From: Desulfomonilia bacterium
Lineage (GTDB): Bacteria > Desulfobacterota > Desulfomonilia > UBA1062
Assembly: GCA_963664325.2 (NCBI GenBank)
Contig: CAXXDQ010000007.1
Span: forward strand, 576,001 to 640,000
Direction of reading: 5' to 3'
Length of the DNA: 64,000 bases
Part shown: in pieces, positions 20,402 through 30,321 of the stretch
Numbering within the stretch: the stretch's first letter is position 1
How the letters are laid out: every line of letters begins with the position of its first letter
Program-made: the position numbers and the translations under genes
The notes under the pieces: generated by a model
Seen by the model: only the letters and a program-made list of their open reading frames with translations
Databases searched by the model: none
What the model was told of the DNA's origin: nothing

Positions 20402-21767
20402 TCTCCATGCGCTTCAGCCTGCTGTTGATGGATCGTTTGAGGCCGGCGCCTTCTGTATCCGCCAGCAGTTTTTCCACCAGTTTCAGGCCTGCCTTCTTTG
20501 TCTTATCACTTGCATAGTCAAGCAGGTATTCTTCGAAAGTGAATATCGCGTTTGTCCGGCAGAACTTCTTTATCAGACCGGGTTTCGCCAGATCCATAAA
20601 GTCGGCGCCTGTCCTTCCGAGCCTGTAGCATGCAGTGCAGAAACTGGGGATAAGCCCTTGCTGGACTATTTCGTAAATCACTTCATCGAGAGAGCGCGTA
20701 TCACCAAGGTTGAACTGAGCCGCCATGAAGTCATTGCCTCCGTGGTCATGATATCCACCGGGATTTGTGCGTGATCCCGCACTTATCTGTGAGACTCCCA
20801 GACCGAATATTTCGTTCCTGAGCGCCGCGGATTCACGGGTAGTAAGAATCATCCCGGTATATGGCACCGCCAGCCTCAATACAGCAACAAGCTTTTTGAA
20901 TTCGTCATCGCTTACAGGATGCGGCGGTTTTATTGCGGCAGGCGCATTTAATGCAGGTTCGAGGCGCGGAATCGATATTGTATGCGGTCCTACCCCGCAT
21001 GTTTTTTCCAGGTGCTGCGCGTGATACAAAAGCCCCAGGACTTCAAACCTGTAATCATAAAGACCGAACAGGGCGCCGATTCCCACATCGTCAATACCGG
21101 CCTCCTGAGCCCGGTGCATGGCCGTCACCCTGTATTCATAGTTTCTTTTAGGGCCTGACGGGTGCATCTCCCTGTAGGTCGCATGATGATAGGTCTCCTG
21201 GAAAAGCAGGTATGTGCCTATTTTGGCGGCCTTCAGCCTCTTGAATTCTTCAACTTCAAGAGGCGCCACTTCGACATTTATACGCCTTATCTCTCCGTTG
21301 AAATTTGTTGTTGCATAAACTGTTTCTATTGCTTCGATAAAATAATCCAGGCTTGAACGAGTTGGATGTTCCCCGCACAGCATCAGAATGCGTTTGTGCC
21401 CTTCGGCTTCTATCGCCTGCGCCTCAGCCGCTATCTCTTCCATAGTGAGCGCCACCCTTTTAAGCTCTTTGTTGGCGCGTCTGAATCCGCAGTAAAGGCA
21501 ATTGTTAGAACAGTGGTTGGCAATATAAAGAGGCGCGAAAAGCACAAGACGGTTGCCGTATATCGACTCTTTCACAAAGCGGGCAGTTATAAGTATTTCA
21601 TTGATAAGTTCTTTATCCTCTGTCTGCAGAAGCACTGACGTTTCTTCAGGAGTGAGGCCTTTCAATTCCTTCGCTTTATCAAGAACGTCCTCAACCCTCT
21701 TCTTTTCAGGTCTGACTGAAATATCCAGAACATGTTGAATCTTATCATCATCAATAAAGTCTTTCAT
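20376..21767 (-). CDS. hydG: [FeFe]-hydrogenase maturase HydG
   Basis: CSNNCLYCGF, GPHTISIPR, C-terminal SFCTACYR...C and ERDLY. Confidence 0.96.
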   Translation of the reverse strand: MKDFIDDDKIQHVLDISVRPEKKRVEDVLDKAKELKGLTPEETSVLLQTEDKELINEILITARFVKESIYGNRLVLFAPLYIANHCSNNCLYCGFRRANKELKRVALTMEEIAAEAQAIEAEGHKRILMLCGEHPTRSSLDYFIEAIETVYATTNFNGEIRRINVEVAPLEVEEFKRLKAAKIGTYLLFQETYHHATYREMHPSGPKRNYEYRVTAMHRAQEAGIDDVGIGALFGLYDYRFEVLGLLYHAQHLEKTCGVGPHTISIPRLEPALNAPAAIKPPHPVSDDEFKKLVAVLRLAVPYTGMILTTRESAALRNEIFGLGVSQISAGSRTNPGGYHDHGGNDFMAAQFNLGDTRSLDEVIYEIVQQGLIPSFCTACYRLGRTGADFMDLAKPGLIKKFCRTNAIFTFEEYLLDYASDKTKKAGLKLVEKLLADTEGAGLKRSINSRLKRMENGERDLYI

Positions 21768-21781
21768 GAGGCACTTCCTTT

Positions 21782-23026
21782 TTAATTATTCATCTTTTTT
21801 TCAAATGCCATGAGCGCTGCAGGGAATGGTTCAAGAGAGCGTCTGATAACACCCTGCAGGAATGAGATGGCCACGCCGTAATTTGTAATTGCCACACCTG
21901 CCTGATGCGCCTTCTGAATCCTGCTCATCATTTCACGCCTGGTCAGCATGCAGCCGCCGCAGTGAATGATCAGTTTATATTCGGAGAGGTTTTCAGGATA
22001 ATCTCTGCCTGCATAGGCCTCTGCCTTCACATCAAAACCGAGGTACTGCCTCAGCCATCTTGGTATCTTTACCCTTCCGATATCATCTTCGAGCGCATGA
22101 TGCGTGCAAGCCTCTGCGATAAGCACCCTGTCTCCTGGCTTCAGATTATCAATTTCAGCAGCGCCTTGTGCAGCGATTGACAGGTCACCTTTCTGTCTGG
22201 CAAACAGGATTGAAAATGTCGTTAGCCTTATATCTCTGGGCACATCCGCAGAAACCTTCAATATCGCCTGTGAGTCGGTAACAACCACATCGGGCTTTTT
22301 GTTCAAGGTTGAAAGCATCGCTGAGAGTTCGCGCTCCTTCACGACGAACGCGGCAGCATCGTTATCCAGCGTATCCCTTATAGTCTGGACCTGAGGCAGG
22401 ATGAGCCTGCCCTTGGGCGCCTGCAGGTCTATAGGTACTACCAGTACTGCAATGCCGCCCGGATTCACCAGATCGCCTATCAGCCTGGGCGGCTCAATGA
22501 AGTCATCCGGCGCAACCTCTATCAGCTGCTGTTTTACAGCGTTTACATAGGCATTTCTTTCATTAGAGTTGATACTGGAAACCTCTAGGATCCTCGATCT
22601 CTTTTCCCTTAATTTTTCCAGAAACGCGTGTGCCGGTTTTAGAAGGTCGGTTTTGTTTATAATGACAATGACAGGAATTTTATTTTCATCAGCCTTTAAC
22701 AGAACTTCATCTTCGAATTCCGTCCATACATCCGGTTCGGTTACAAGCAGAATGACATCGGCCCTGTCATATATCTTACTGGTTTTATTAAGCCTCAATT
22801 GAGCGAGTTCCGAAATGTCATCGACTCCTGCCGTGTCAAGAAAAAGCACTGGCCCGAGCGGCAGAAGTTCGCATGCCTTTTCAACAATATCGGTTGTTGT
22901 GCCTGCAACCGGTGATGTTATCGCATAGTCCTGACCGATTAGCATATTCATGAAACTCGATTTTCCGACATTCGTCCTGCCGAATATTGCGATATTGAGC
23001 CTGTTAGCTTTTGGAGTATCCTGCAT
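21782..23026 (-). CDS. hydF: [FeFe]-hydrogenase maturation GTPase HydF
   Basis: GRTNVGKSS, DTAG, NKTD, APKGRLILPQ, EACTHH and HCGGCM. Confidence 0.96.
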   Translation of the reverse strand: MQDTPKANRLNIAIFGRTNVGKSSFMNMLIGQDYAITSPVAGTTTDIVEKACELLPLGPVLFLDTAGVDDISELAQLRLNKTSKIYDRADVILLVTEPDVWTEFEDEVLLKADENKIPVIVIINKTDLLKPAHAFLEKLREKRSRILEVSSINSNERNAYVNAVKQQLIEVAPDDFIEPPRLIGDLVNPGGIAVLVVPIDLQAPKGRLILPQVQTIRDTLDNDAAAFVVKERELSAMLSTLNKKPDVVVTDSQAILKVSADVPRDIRLTTFSILFARQKGDLSIAAQGAAEIDNLKPGDRVLIAEACTHHALEDDIGRVKIPRWLRQYLGFDVKAEAYAGRDYPENLSEYKLIIHCGGCMLTRREMMSRIQKAHQAGVAITNYGVAISFLQGVIRRSLEPFPAALMAFEKKMNN

Positions 23027-23038
23027 TTTTCTGCCCTA

Positions 23039-24439
23039 TTATTTCTTATATGGTCCCTTACCCTTAAATCCAAGTGCTGTAAGCGCATACGGATCAAGTG
23101 CTTTGGAAACGAGATCTTCACCGAGCAAGCCTTTCAGGTAGGTCCTGAAATCCATACCGTTTTCTTTTTTGTAACCGTTCATTATTTCCGTTGCTTTCTC
23201 ATATCCTATATACGGCACCAGGGCCGTTATGATCATGGGGCTGGAATTTACAATCCCGGCGCATTTTCCGGAATCCGCCGATATGCCCAATACATGCTCG
23301 GCCAACATAATATCCGCATTTGAGAGAATGTCCATGCTCTCTATCAGTGCATCAACCAGCATGGGCATGAATTCGATTATCTGGAACGTCGAACGGCTTG
23401 CAGTTTCCGTCACGATGAGATCGTTGGCAATGACGCGGATTCCAGCCTGGATAACCGCCTCCATTATCACCGGATTGACCTTTCCGGGCATGGCCGATGA
23501 CCCGGCCTGCAAGGAAGGCAGCTTTATCTCGCCAAGCATGTTCATCATCCTAAGATCGCCCGCGATCTTTATCAGGTTCGATGCATGGGCCTTCATGATG
23601 CCCGAGACTTCAACGAATGCATCGGCATTCGAGGTCTCTCCGGCAAGGTTATCGCCGCGGCTCAGTCCAAGGCCCGTGACATCCCTCAGTTTTTCTATGA
23701 CAAGAAATATATAGTCCTTCGGGGCGGAAATACCGGTGCCTATAGCAGTCCCGCCGAGATTGACCACCCTGAGCCTTTCCTCACACTTGAATGTCCGCCA
23801 GCGGTCACGGCCAATTGCCTCAGAGAAAGCAGAAAACTCCATTCCCAGAGTAAGAGGAACCGCCTCCTGCATCTCTGTCCTACCCATCTTCACGATCTCG
23901 CCGAACTCTTTTTCCTTTTTCTGAAATTCCCCCTGAAGCCCGGCAATGTCCCTGCTCAGTTTTCTGATGGCGTATATGACTGCAACCTTAACCGCAGTTG
24001 GATAGACATCATTCGTAGACTGGTGAAGGTTAACATCGTCTATGGGGTGGACGATCGAATAGTCGCCCTTTTCGCCGTTCAGTATTTCTATGGCCCTGTT
24101 GGCCACGACTTCATTGATGTTCATGTTTGTCGAGGTGCCTGCCCCACCCTGCATTGCATCGAGTGGAAATTCAGTATCAAACCTGCCCGAAACCACCTCG
24201 TCGCAGGCATCTGAAATTGCTTTGGCCTTTTCGGGTTTCATCCAGTATGTTTCCAGGTTCGCCAGACAGCAGGCTTTCTTTACCTGCGCCAATGCATATA
24301 TCAGACCGGCATTCACCTTCCTTGAGCTTACGGAAAAATTTCTGAGGGCCCTCTGTGTGTGTATTCCCCAGTATGCTCCCGACGGGACATCGAGTTCCCC
24401 GAGAAGATCATGTTCGATCCGATACTTCTGCACTTTCAT
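23039..24439 (-). CDS. aspA: Aspartate ammonia-lyase (fumarase/aspartase superfamily)
   Basis: QGGAGTSTNMN, QSTNDVYPT and GSSAMPGKVNP; GGAGG RBS before ATG 24439. Confidence 0.85.
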   Translation of the reverse strand: MKVQKYRIEHDLLGELDVPSGAYWGIHTQRALRNFSVSSRKVNAGLIYALAQVKKACCLANLETYWMKPEKAKAISDACDEVVSGRFDTEFPLDAMQGGAGTSTNMNINEVVANRAIEILNGEKGDYSIVHPIDDVNLHQSTNDVYPTAVKVAVIYAIRKLSRDIAGLQGEFQKKEKEFGEIVKMGRTEMQEAVPLTLGMEFSAFSEAIGRDRWRTFKCEERLRVVNLGGTAIGTGISAPKDYIFLVIEKLRDVTGLGLSRGDNLAGETSNADAFVEVSGIMKAHASNLIKIAGDLRMMNMLGEIKLPSLQAGSSAMPGKVNPVIMEAVIQAGIRVIANDLIVTETASRSTFQIIEFMPMLVDALIESMDILSNADIMLAEHVLGISADSGKCAGIVNSSPMIITALVPYIGYEKATEIMNGYKKENGMDFRTYLKGLLGEDLVSKALDPYALTALGFKGKGPYKK

Positions 24440-24454
24440 ACCTCCACTAATCAA

Positions 24455-24494
24455 ATTAAAAGGGCTTGACTGGAATTACCAGCCAAGCCCTTTT
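24455..24494 (-). terminator. Hairpin terminator between hydA and aspA
   Basis: On the minus strand: AAAAGGGCTTGGCTGG-TAATT-CCAGTCAAGCCCTTTT, followed by AATTT. Confidence 0.7.
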
Positions 24495-24518
24495 ATTTCC
24501 TTGATTCAGGTCAATAAA

Positions 24519-26300
24519 TTAGTGTTTACCGCAGCCACAGCATCCTTCATCTTCAGAATGAGGAACAGCTATACCCCTCTTAACATAATGGGTGTGCAGC
24601 AATTCATGGGATTTGTGTCCGAGCGGTTCCTTCAGGAAGTTCTCATAAAGTTTTTTAACCGATTCATTTTCGTGAGACTGGCGTTTCTTCTGTACCTGCC
24701 CGTCATCCTTATAGAGTGCGCTTGCACGCAACGTCCGGATCTCGTCGTTAGTCGGGATCGGCGAACCGCCACCTGCAACACAACCGCCGGGGCAAGCCAT
24801 TATCTCAATGAACGCATAATCGGCCTTTTTATCCCTGATAAGATCCATGACCTTCCTTGCATTTCCGAGCCCATGGGCAACCGCGATCTTTACCTTCCCG
24901 AGCGGACCGACTTCAACTTCGGCTTCTTTGACGCCTTCAAGTCCGCGAACGGGTGTGATATCAAGGTTCGGCAGATCTTTACCAACTACTACTGCATATA
25001 CAGTTCTGAGTGCCGCTTCCATAACCCCGCCCGTTGCACCGAATATTGTTCCGGCACCTGTGTACTCGCCCATCGGCGCATCGAAATCATCATCAGGCAG
25101 GTTGACAAAATCTATCCCCGCTTCCTTTATCATGCGGCCAAGTTCCCTAGTTGTGAGGACATAGTCGACATCGCGGTAACCGCTCGAGCACATTTCCGAA
25201 CGGCTGGCTTCATATTTCTTTGCTGTGCAGGGCATTATGGATACGCTTACAATGTCTTTCGGATCTACGCCTGCGAACTGTGCATAATATGTCTTCGCCA
25301 GCGCACCGAACATCTGCTGCGGCGATTTGCATGTCGAAAGGTGATCGAGAAGATCAGGATAGAAGTGTTCGCAGAACTTTATCCAGCCGGGACTGCATGA
25401 CGTCACCATGGGCAGGACTCCACCTTCTTTCACCCTCTTCAAAAGTTCGTTTCCTTCTTCTATAATTGTCAGGTCTGCAGTGAAGTTCGTATCGAATACC
25501 TTTGCAAAGCCAAGCCTGCGAAGCGCAGCTATCATCTTTCCGGTTACCAGCGATCCGGGAGGCATATCGAACTCTTCTCCAAGGTTTGCGCGGATTGCCG
25601 GAGCTTCCTGGACAACGACATGCTTTGTCGGATCCTGAAGCGCTTTCCATACTGAATCAACATCGTCTTTTTCGTAAAGGGCACCAACCGGACAAGCCAT
25701 AACACACTGGCCGCAGTTAATGCAGTTTGTTTCGCCGATCGGAAGGTTGAATGCTGGAACGACTTCAACATGGGGTCCCCGTTTTGCAGGACTCAACGCG
25801 TTAACTGTCTGCACCTGAGAACATACTGTTACACAACGATGGCAATGAATGCACTTTCTGTTGTCTCTGACAATTGACGGACTTGAATTGTCTATTTCAT
25901 CTTTACTGAAATCCGGATATTCAAATCTTACCTGGCGGACATTTGTGAATTCTGCAACTTTCTGCAGTTCACAGTTCCCGTTTCTTATGCAGAAATTGCA
26001 TTCGGTCGGATGATTTGCAAGGAGCAGCTCGACTATCATTTTCCTTGCACCCCTGACTCTTGCCGAGTTTGTATGCACTACCATGTTATCACTAACAGGG
26101 AACACACATGACGCGACCAGATTCCGCATTCCGTCGACTTCTACTACACAAACCCTGCAAGCACCTGGAGTATGGTTTATGTTCTGCCATGCACAAAGTG
26201 TTGGAATTGTGATGTCCGCTTTTCTTGCTGCTTCGAGAATTGTTGTTCCGGCTGGGACTTTTACTTCTTTCCCGTCTATCTTCAAGGATACTTCCGACAT
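24519..26300 (-). CDS. hydA: Group A [FeFe]-hydrogenase catalytic subunit (2Fe-2S, His-ligated 4Fe-4S, 2x4Fe-4S, H-cluster)
   Basis: H-cluster motifs TSCSPGW, MPCTAKKYE and EIMACPGGCVAGGG, with N-terminal FeS motifs. Confidence 0.95.
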   Translation of the reverse strand: MSEVSLKIDGKEVKVPAGTTILEAARKADITIPTLCAWQNINHTPGACRVCVVEVDGMRNLVASCVFPVSDNMVVHTNSARVRGARKMIVELLLANHPTECNFCIRNGNCELQKVAEFTNVRQVRFEYPDFSKDEIDNSSPSIVRDNRKCIHCHRCVTVCSQVQTVNALSPAKRGPHVEVVPAFNLPIGETNCINCGQCVMACPVGALYEKDDVDSVWKALQDPTKHVVVQEAPAIRANLGEEFDMPPGSLVTGKMIAALRRLGFAKVFDTNFTADLTIIEEGNELLKRVKEGGVLPMVTSCSPGWIKFCEHFYPDLLDHLSTCKSPQQMFGALAKTYYAQFAGVDPKDIVSVSIMPCTAKKYEASRSEMCSSGYRDVDYVLTTRELGRMIKEAGIDFVNLPDDDFDAPMGEYTGAGTIFGATGGVMEAALRTVYAVVVGKDLPNLDITPVRGLEGVKEAEVEVGPLGKVKIAVAHGLGNARKVMDLIRDKKADYAFIEIMACPGGCVAGGGSPIPTNDEIRTLRASALYKDDGQVQKKRQSHENESVKKLYENFLKEPLGHKSHELLHTHYVKRGIAVPHSEDEGCCGCGKH

Positions 26301-26520
26301 GTTGATTGCCCCTTTCTTAATGAATTTGTTGGGTAATTTCAATCAATTTGCATATTCTTAAATTAATAAACTGTCAATACATTATTTAATATTATTGTTT
26401 AATATCATTAATATTTTCATATTTTACTTTTAAAATATTTTTATGCCTATTAGAAGTACGTTATATGTCATTATAGATGATGAATCTCTGATTTTATGAA
26501 TTACTGCTCAGTATATTCCA

Positions 26521-26555
26521 GCAAAAAGGGGATGGCAATTTCTTGCCATCCCCTT
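26521..26555 (-). terminator. Strong intrinsic terminator
   Basis: AAGGGGATGGCAA-GAAA-TTGCCATCCCCTT perfect 13-bp stem with a T-run on the minus strand. Confidence 0.75.
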
Positions 26556-26680
26556 AAAATTCACTTAATTCATATAGTCTGTATAACCGGCTGCTCAAAT
26601 ATAATATTAAGGAGGACCGATACTTATTCTATCTCCGGTTACACAGTTATCAAAACCCCTTTTTCAGGCCCAAACACTCT
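26521..26680 (-). ncRNA. Candidate small RNA (stem-loop with CCUCCUU in loop + terminator); 5' end uncertain
   Basis: A 12-bp stem (26579-26590 with 26635-26646) whose only mismatch is a G-U pair on the minus strand, followed by the terminator. Confidence 0.3.
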
Positions 26681-26930
26681 TACCAACATATTAAATGATT
26701 GCATTATTGTCTTACTAACACAACAAGAAAATCGAGGCAATATGATTTTTATTATCATTATGTTTTTGGCCATATTGAGTCAAGTTGCATTTAATGTATT
26801 GATGTTCACGTTTTGGCAATCTTATATTTATTTTTTTTCTGAAAATTGACCAACTTGATATTAAAAATTAGGAGGCAGGGGCCAGACATCAAGAATTCAT
26901 CTGACTCCTGCGCTCAGAACTTATCCAATG

Positions 26931-27874
26931 CTATTTTTTTCTCATTGATATGCAGGCTTCGGCAATGTGACCGGGTCCGAATCCATGTTTTTCATAAAGA
27001 TATTTTTCAGTTGCCACTTCCCCGAATTTGTCCGGTATTCCTAATCGTTTCACCTTGGTTGGACAGTTCTCTGAAAGGACTTCACATACAGCACCGCCAA
27101 GGCCGCCGATTATTGTCTGGTTCTCAATACTAACGACCGCTCCTGTCTTTTTTGCCGAAATAATAAGAGTTTCATTGTCAAAAGGTTTCACTGATGGATA
27201 ATGCAATACTTCCGCCTTTAAACCATCCGAAGTAAGCATCTCTGCTGCTTTTAGTGCGGATTTTGTCATATATCCGGTCGAGACTATGGTTACATCTGAA
27301 CCTTCTCTTAAAACAACCGCCTTATCCGGACTAAAAGTATAGTTTTCATCGAACAATTGCGGTTTCCTTTGAACGGATAAGCTGCAGATATGTTGGCTGT
27401 TTGGCCTTGGCCATATGTTTCATTATTGCCCTTAGCTCATAGGCATCGGCGGGCGCATAAACATGCATATTGGGCATCGCCCTCATTATCGCCATGTCAG
27501 TAAAGTCCATATGAGTACCGCCGTTTGAGCCCTGCGTCAGCCCTGGTGGCAGTACCGACAATCTTCACATTGTTGTTCGCGTAAGCACAGCTTATATAAA
27601 TCTGATCATACACCCTTCGTGATGCAAAAGATGTGAATGTTGCTGCAAACGGTATTTTGCCCTCAGATGCAAGACCTGCAGATATTCCTATCATATTTGC
27701 TTCAGCTACGCCCACATCCATGAAATTGTCCGGATTCTTTGAAGACACTTCCGGGAATGTACCAGTTGCCTTGCCGAGATCGGCCTCAAGACTTATTATA
27801 TCAGGATTCTCTGCAATCAGTTCATTAAGTGTCTTAGCATAAACTACGCGCATTTCCATTTCATGCCAATTCAT
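26931..27874 (-). CDS. Transketolase C-terminal subunit (split transketolase; two frameshifts)
   Basis: GVAEANM, RRVYDQ, NGGTHM and SVKPFD motifs. Removing one base at 27548-27549 and one at 27366-27367 joins three ORFs (VGTAPGLTQG; RSKKPQLFDENY). Confidence 0.85.
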
Positions 27875-27884
27875 AAATGCCTCC

Positions 27885-28751
27885 TTATTCCTCGCCGTAA
27901 GGCAGCTTACACTCAAAACCAAGGCCTGCAATATATTTGTCATATGCAGTTTTATCACCGATCTTGATATTATGGCTTCCAACCTGCCCTTCAACCGCAG
28001 TATTGCCCTTACCCTTGATCGTATGCGCAATAATCATTGAAGGTTTCCCTTTGACTTCTTTCGCCTTTGTTATCTTATTGGCAATATCGTCCCAGTCATG
28101 TCCCTCCATCTCGAAAACTTCCCAGTTGAATGCTCGCCACTTATCGGCAATAGGCTCCAAGGTAACAACATCGTCAGTGGTACCGTCTATCTGCATCTTG
28201 TTGTAATCGGTTATTGCGACAAGATTATCAACCTTCTTGTGTCCTGCAAACATGGCGGCTTCCCACACTTGGCCCTCATCGCTTTCTCCGTCGCCGACTA
28301 TGCAGAACACATTGTGATTCTTCCTGTCCATTTTTCCCGCAAGCGCAACTCCGAGTGCACATGAAAGCCCCTGGCCTAATGATCCGGCTGTTATGTCTAT
28401 GCCAGGTGTACGTATCTGATCCACATGGCTTGGCAGCCAAGTCCCGTCCTGGTTAAGTGTTGTCAGCCACTGCATCGGGAAATATCCTCGATAGGCAAGT
28501 GCAGTATAAAGCACGGGGCCAGCATGGCCTTTTGAAAGTATCAGCCTGTCGCGGCCGTCCCACCTTGGCTCTTTCGGATTAACCTTCATTATGCGCCAGT
28601 AAAGGCTTATAATAGTCTCGACAAGACTCAGCGCACCCCCGATATGCCCCGAACCGGAACGACATATCATGTCTGTGATGACATACCGGAATTCCTTTGC
28701 AAGCTCATCCGCCTTCTCATTGCTCCATAATTTCAAGAGATCATCGTACAT
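27885..28751 (-). CDS. Transketolase N-terminal subunit
   Basis: SGHIGGALS, DRLILSKGHA, GSLGQGLS and ThDP motif GDGESDEG...DYN. Confidence 0.92.
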   Translation of the reverse strand: MYDDLLKLWSNEKADELAKEFRYVITDMICRSGSGHIGGALSLVETIISLYWRIMKVNPKEPRWDGRDRLILSKGHAGPVLYTALAYRGYFPMQWLTTLNQDGTWLPSHVDQIRTPGIDITAGSLGQGLSCALGVALAGKMDRKNHNVFCIVGDGESDEGQVWEAAMFAGHKKVDNLVAITDYNKMQIDGTTDDVVTLEPIADKWRAFNWEVFEMEGHDWDDIANKITKAKEVKGKPSMIIAHTIKGKGNTAVEGQVGSHNIKIGDKTAYDKYIAGLGFECKLPYGEE

Positions 28752-29129
28752 TATATATCTCCTCTGCTTTAATAATTATAAACCCTGAAAAACTTCTTAC
28801 ATCACAAATCGAATGAATTGTACAGATCGCGTCCGATATCACCATGAATATTTAGATTACCAACCGATGTCATAACAGAACATGATGCCGGGGCGGATTA
28901 AGGCAAGAAAAATTGCTATGGACAACGAGAATATGCCTGTTTGTATGACAAATAACGGAGGCAATTATTGCCCCTTTGAAGGAAAACCAAAATAACACGG
29001 TTTAATACTTTTTTTAAAGAATAATGTCTTGACGAAACATTGCTGAAAGAGTTAATTCCATCCAGACTAAATGATAGAAGCAGTAGAAAAAGCAGTACCT
29101 GATAAATCATAGTTTAAGGAGATTACACC

Positions 29130-30320
29130 ATGTCGAAATCAGATACTCCGCTTCTGGATGAACTCGAAGAAGGCAAATGGCCCAGTTTCGTCAAGGAAAT
29201 CAAGCAGGCAGCCAAAAAGAACCCCATGTCAGAAGATCTTCTCAAGCAGCTCGAACTCTCATACAAAGACAAGATCGGACACTGGAAGCATGGAGGCATA
29301 GTTGGCGTCAAGGGCTATGGCTCAGGCGTCATCGGCAGATATACCGACCGGCCCGATCTCTTCCCCAATGTACAGGCATTTCATACCATAAGAGTAAACC
29401 ATCCGGCCGGCTGGTTCTACAAAACCGATGCACTGAAAACCCTTTGCGATATATGGGATAAGCACGGCAGCGGGCTCACGAATCTTCATGGATCAACGGG
29501 AGACGCCATTCTTCTGGGAACGACAACCGATCACCTTCAGCCCTGTTTCAATGATCTGTCTGAGGCAGGCTTTGATCTCGGCGGTTCCGGTTCGGCACTC
29601 AGGACACCGAGCTGCTGCGTCGGACCGGGCCGCTGTGAATGGGCATGCGTCGACAGCCTTGATCTTTGTTACAATCTGACGATGAGCTTCCAGGATGAGA
29701 TCCACCGCCCAATGTTTCCATACAAGTTCAAGATCAAGATATCAGCATGTCCGAACGACTGTGTGGCATCTATTGCAAGGTCGGATTTCTCGATCATCGG
29801 AACCTGGAAAGGAAATATCGGCATCGATCAGACGGAAGTCAAGGCCTATGCCGAATCAGGACTGGATATTCAAAAGGAAGTCTTAAACCTGTGCCCGACC
29901 AGATGCATGGAATTAGAAGGTAATATACTGAAAATATACGATGAAGACTGCACCCGGTGCATGCACTGCATAAATATCATGCCAAAGGCGCTGAGACCCG
30001 GCGATGAACGGGGAGCAACCATCCTGGTCGGAGGAAAAGCCCCCATAGTCGAGGGTGCGCTCATGTCCTGGGTTCTTGTGCCATTCATGAAACTGGAACC
30101 TCCATACGACGAACTAAAAAATCTTATACTCAAGATACAGGACTGGTGGAGCGAAAACGGCAAGTCGCGCGAGAGGCTGGGTGAACTTATAAAAAGACTG
30201 GGAATGCGCCCGTTCCTCAAGGCAATGGATCTTCCAGCGGCTCCACAGATGGTCAAGGCCCCGAGGACAAACCCATATGTCTTTTTCTGGCCTGAAGACA
30301 TTCAGAAGGAGGAGAAGTGA
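29130..30320 (+). CDS. dsrA: Dissimilatory sulfite reductase alpha subunit
   Basis: [30 protein letters not shown], siroheme motifs [13 protein letters not shown] and CTRCMHC. Confidence 0.97.
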   Translation: MSKSDTPLLDELEEGKWPSFVKEIKQAAKKNPMSEDLLKQLELSYKDKIGHWKHGGIVGVKGYGSGVIGRYTDRPDLFPNVQAFHTIRVNHPAGWFYKTDALKTLCDIWDKHGSGLTNLHGSTGDAILLGTTTDHLQPCFNDLSEAGFDLGGSGSALRTPSCCVGPGRCEWACVDSLDLCYNLTMSFQDEIHRPMFPYKFKIKISACPNDCVASIARSDFSIIGTWKGNIGIDQTEVKAYAESGLDIQKEVLNLCPTRCMELEGNILKIYDEDCTRCMHCINIMPKALRPGDERGATILVGGKAPIVEGALMSWVLVPFMKLEPPYDELKNLILKIQDWWSENGKSRERLGELIKRLGMRPFLKAMDLPAAPQMVKAPRTNPYVFFWPEDIQKEEK

Positions 30321-30321
30321 T

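Noticed and set aside
24090-25400. 436-aa plus-strand ORF
   Set aside because: It is the antisense shadow of aspA/hydA, has no recognisable motifs and crosses a terminator.
26496-27133. 117-aa and 95-aa plus-strand ORFs
   Set aside because: AT-rich intergenic or antisense sequence with no motifs, running through a terminator hairpin.
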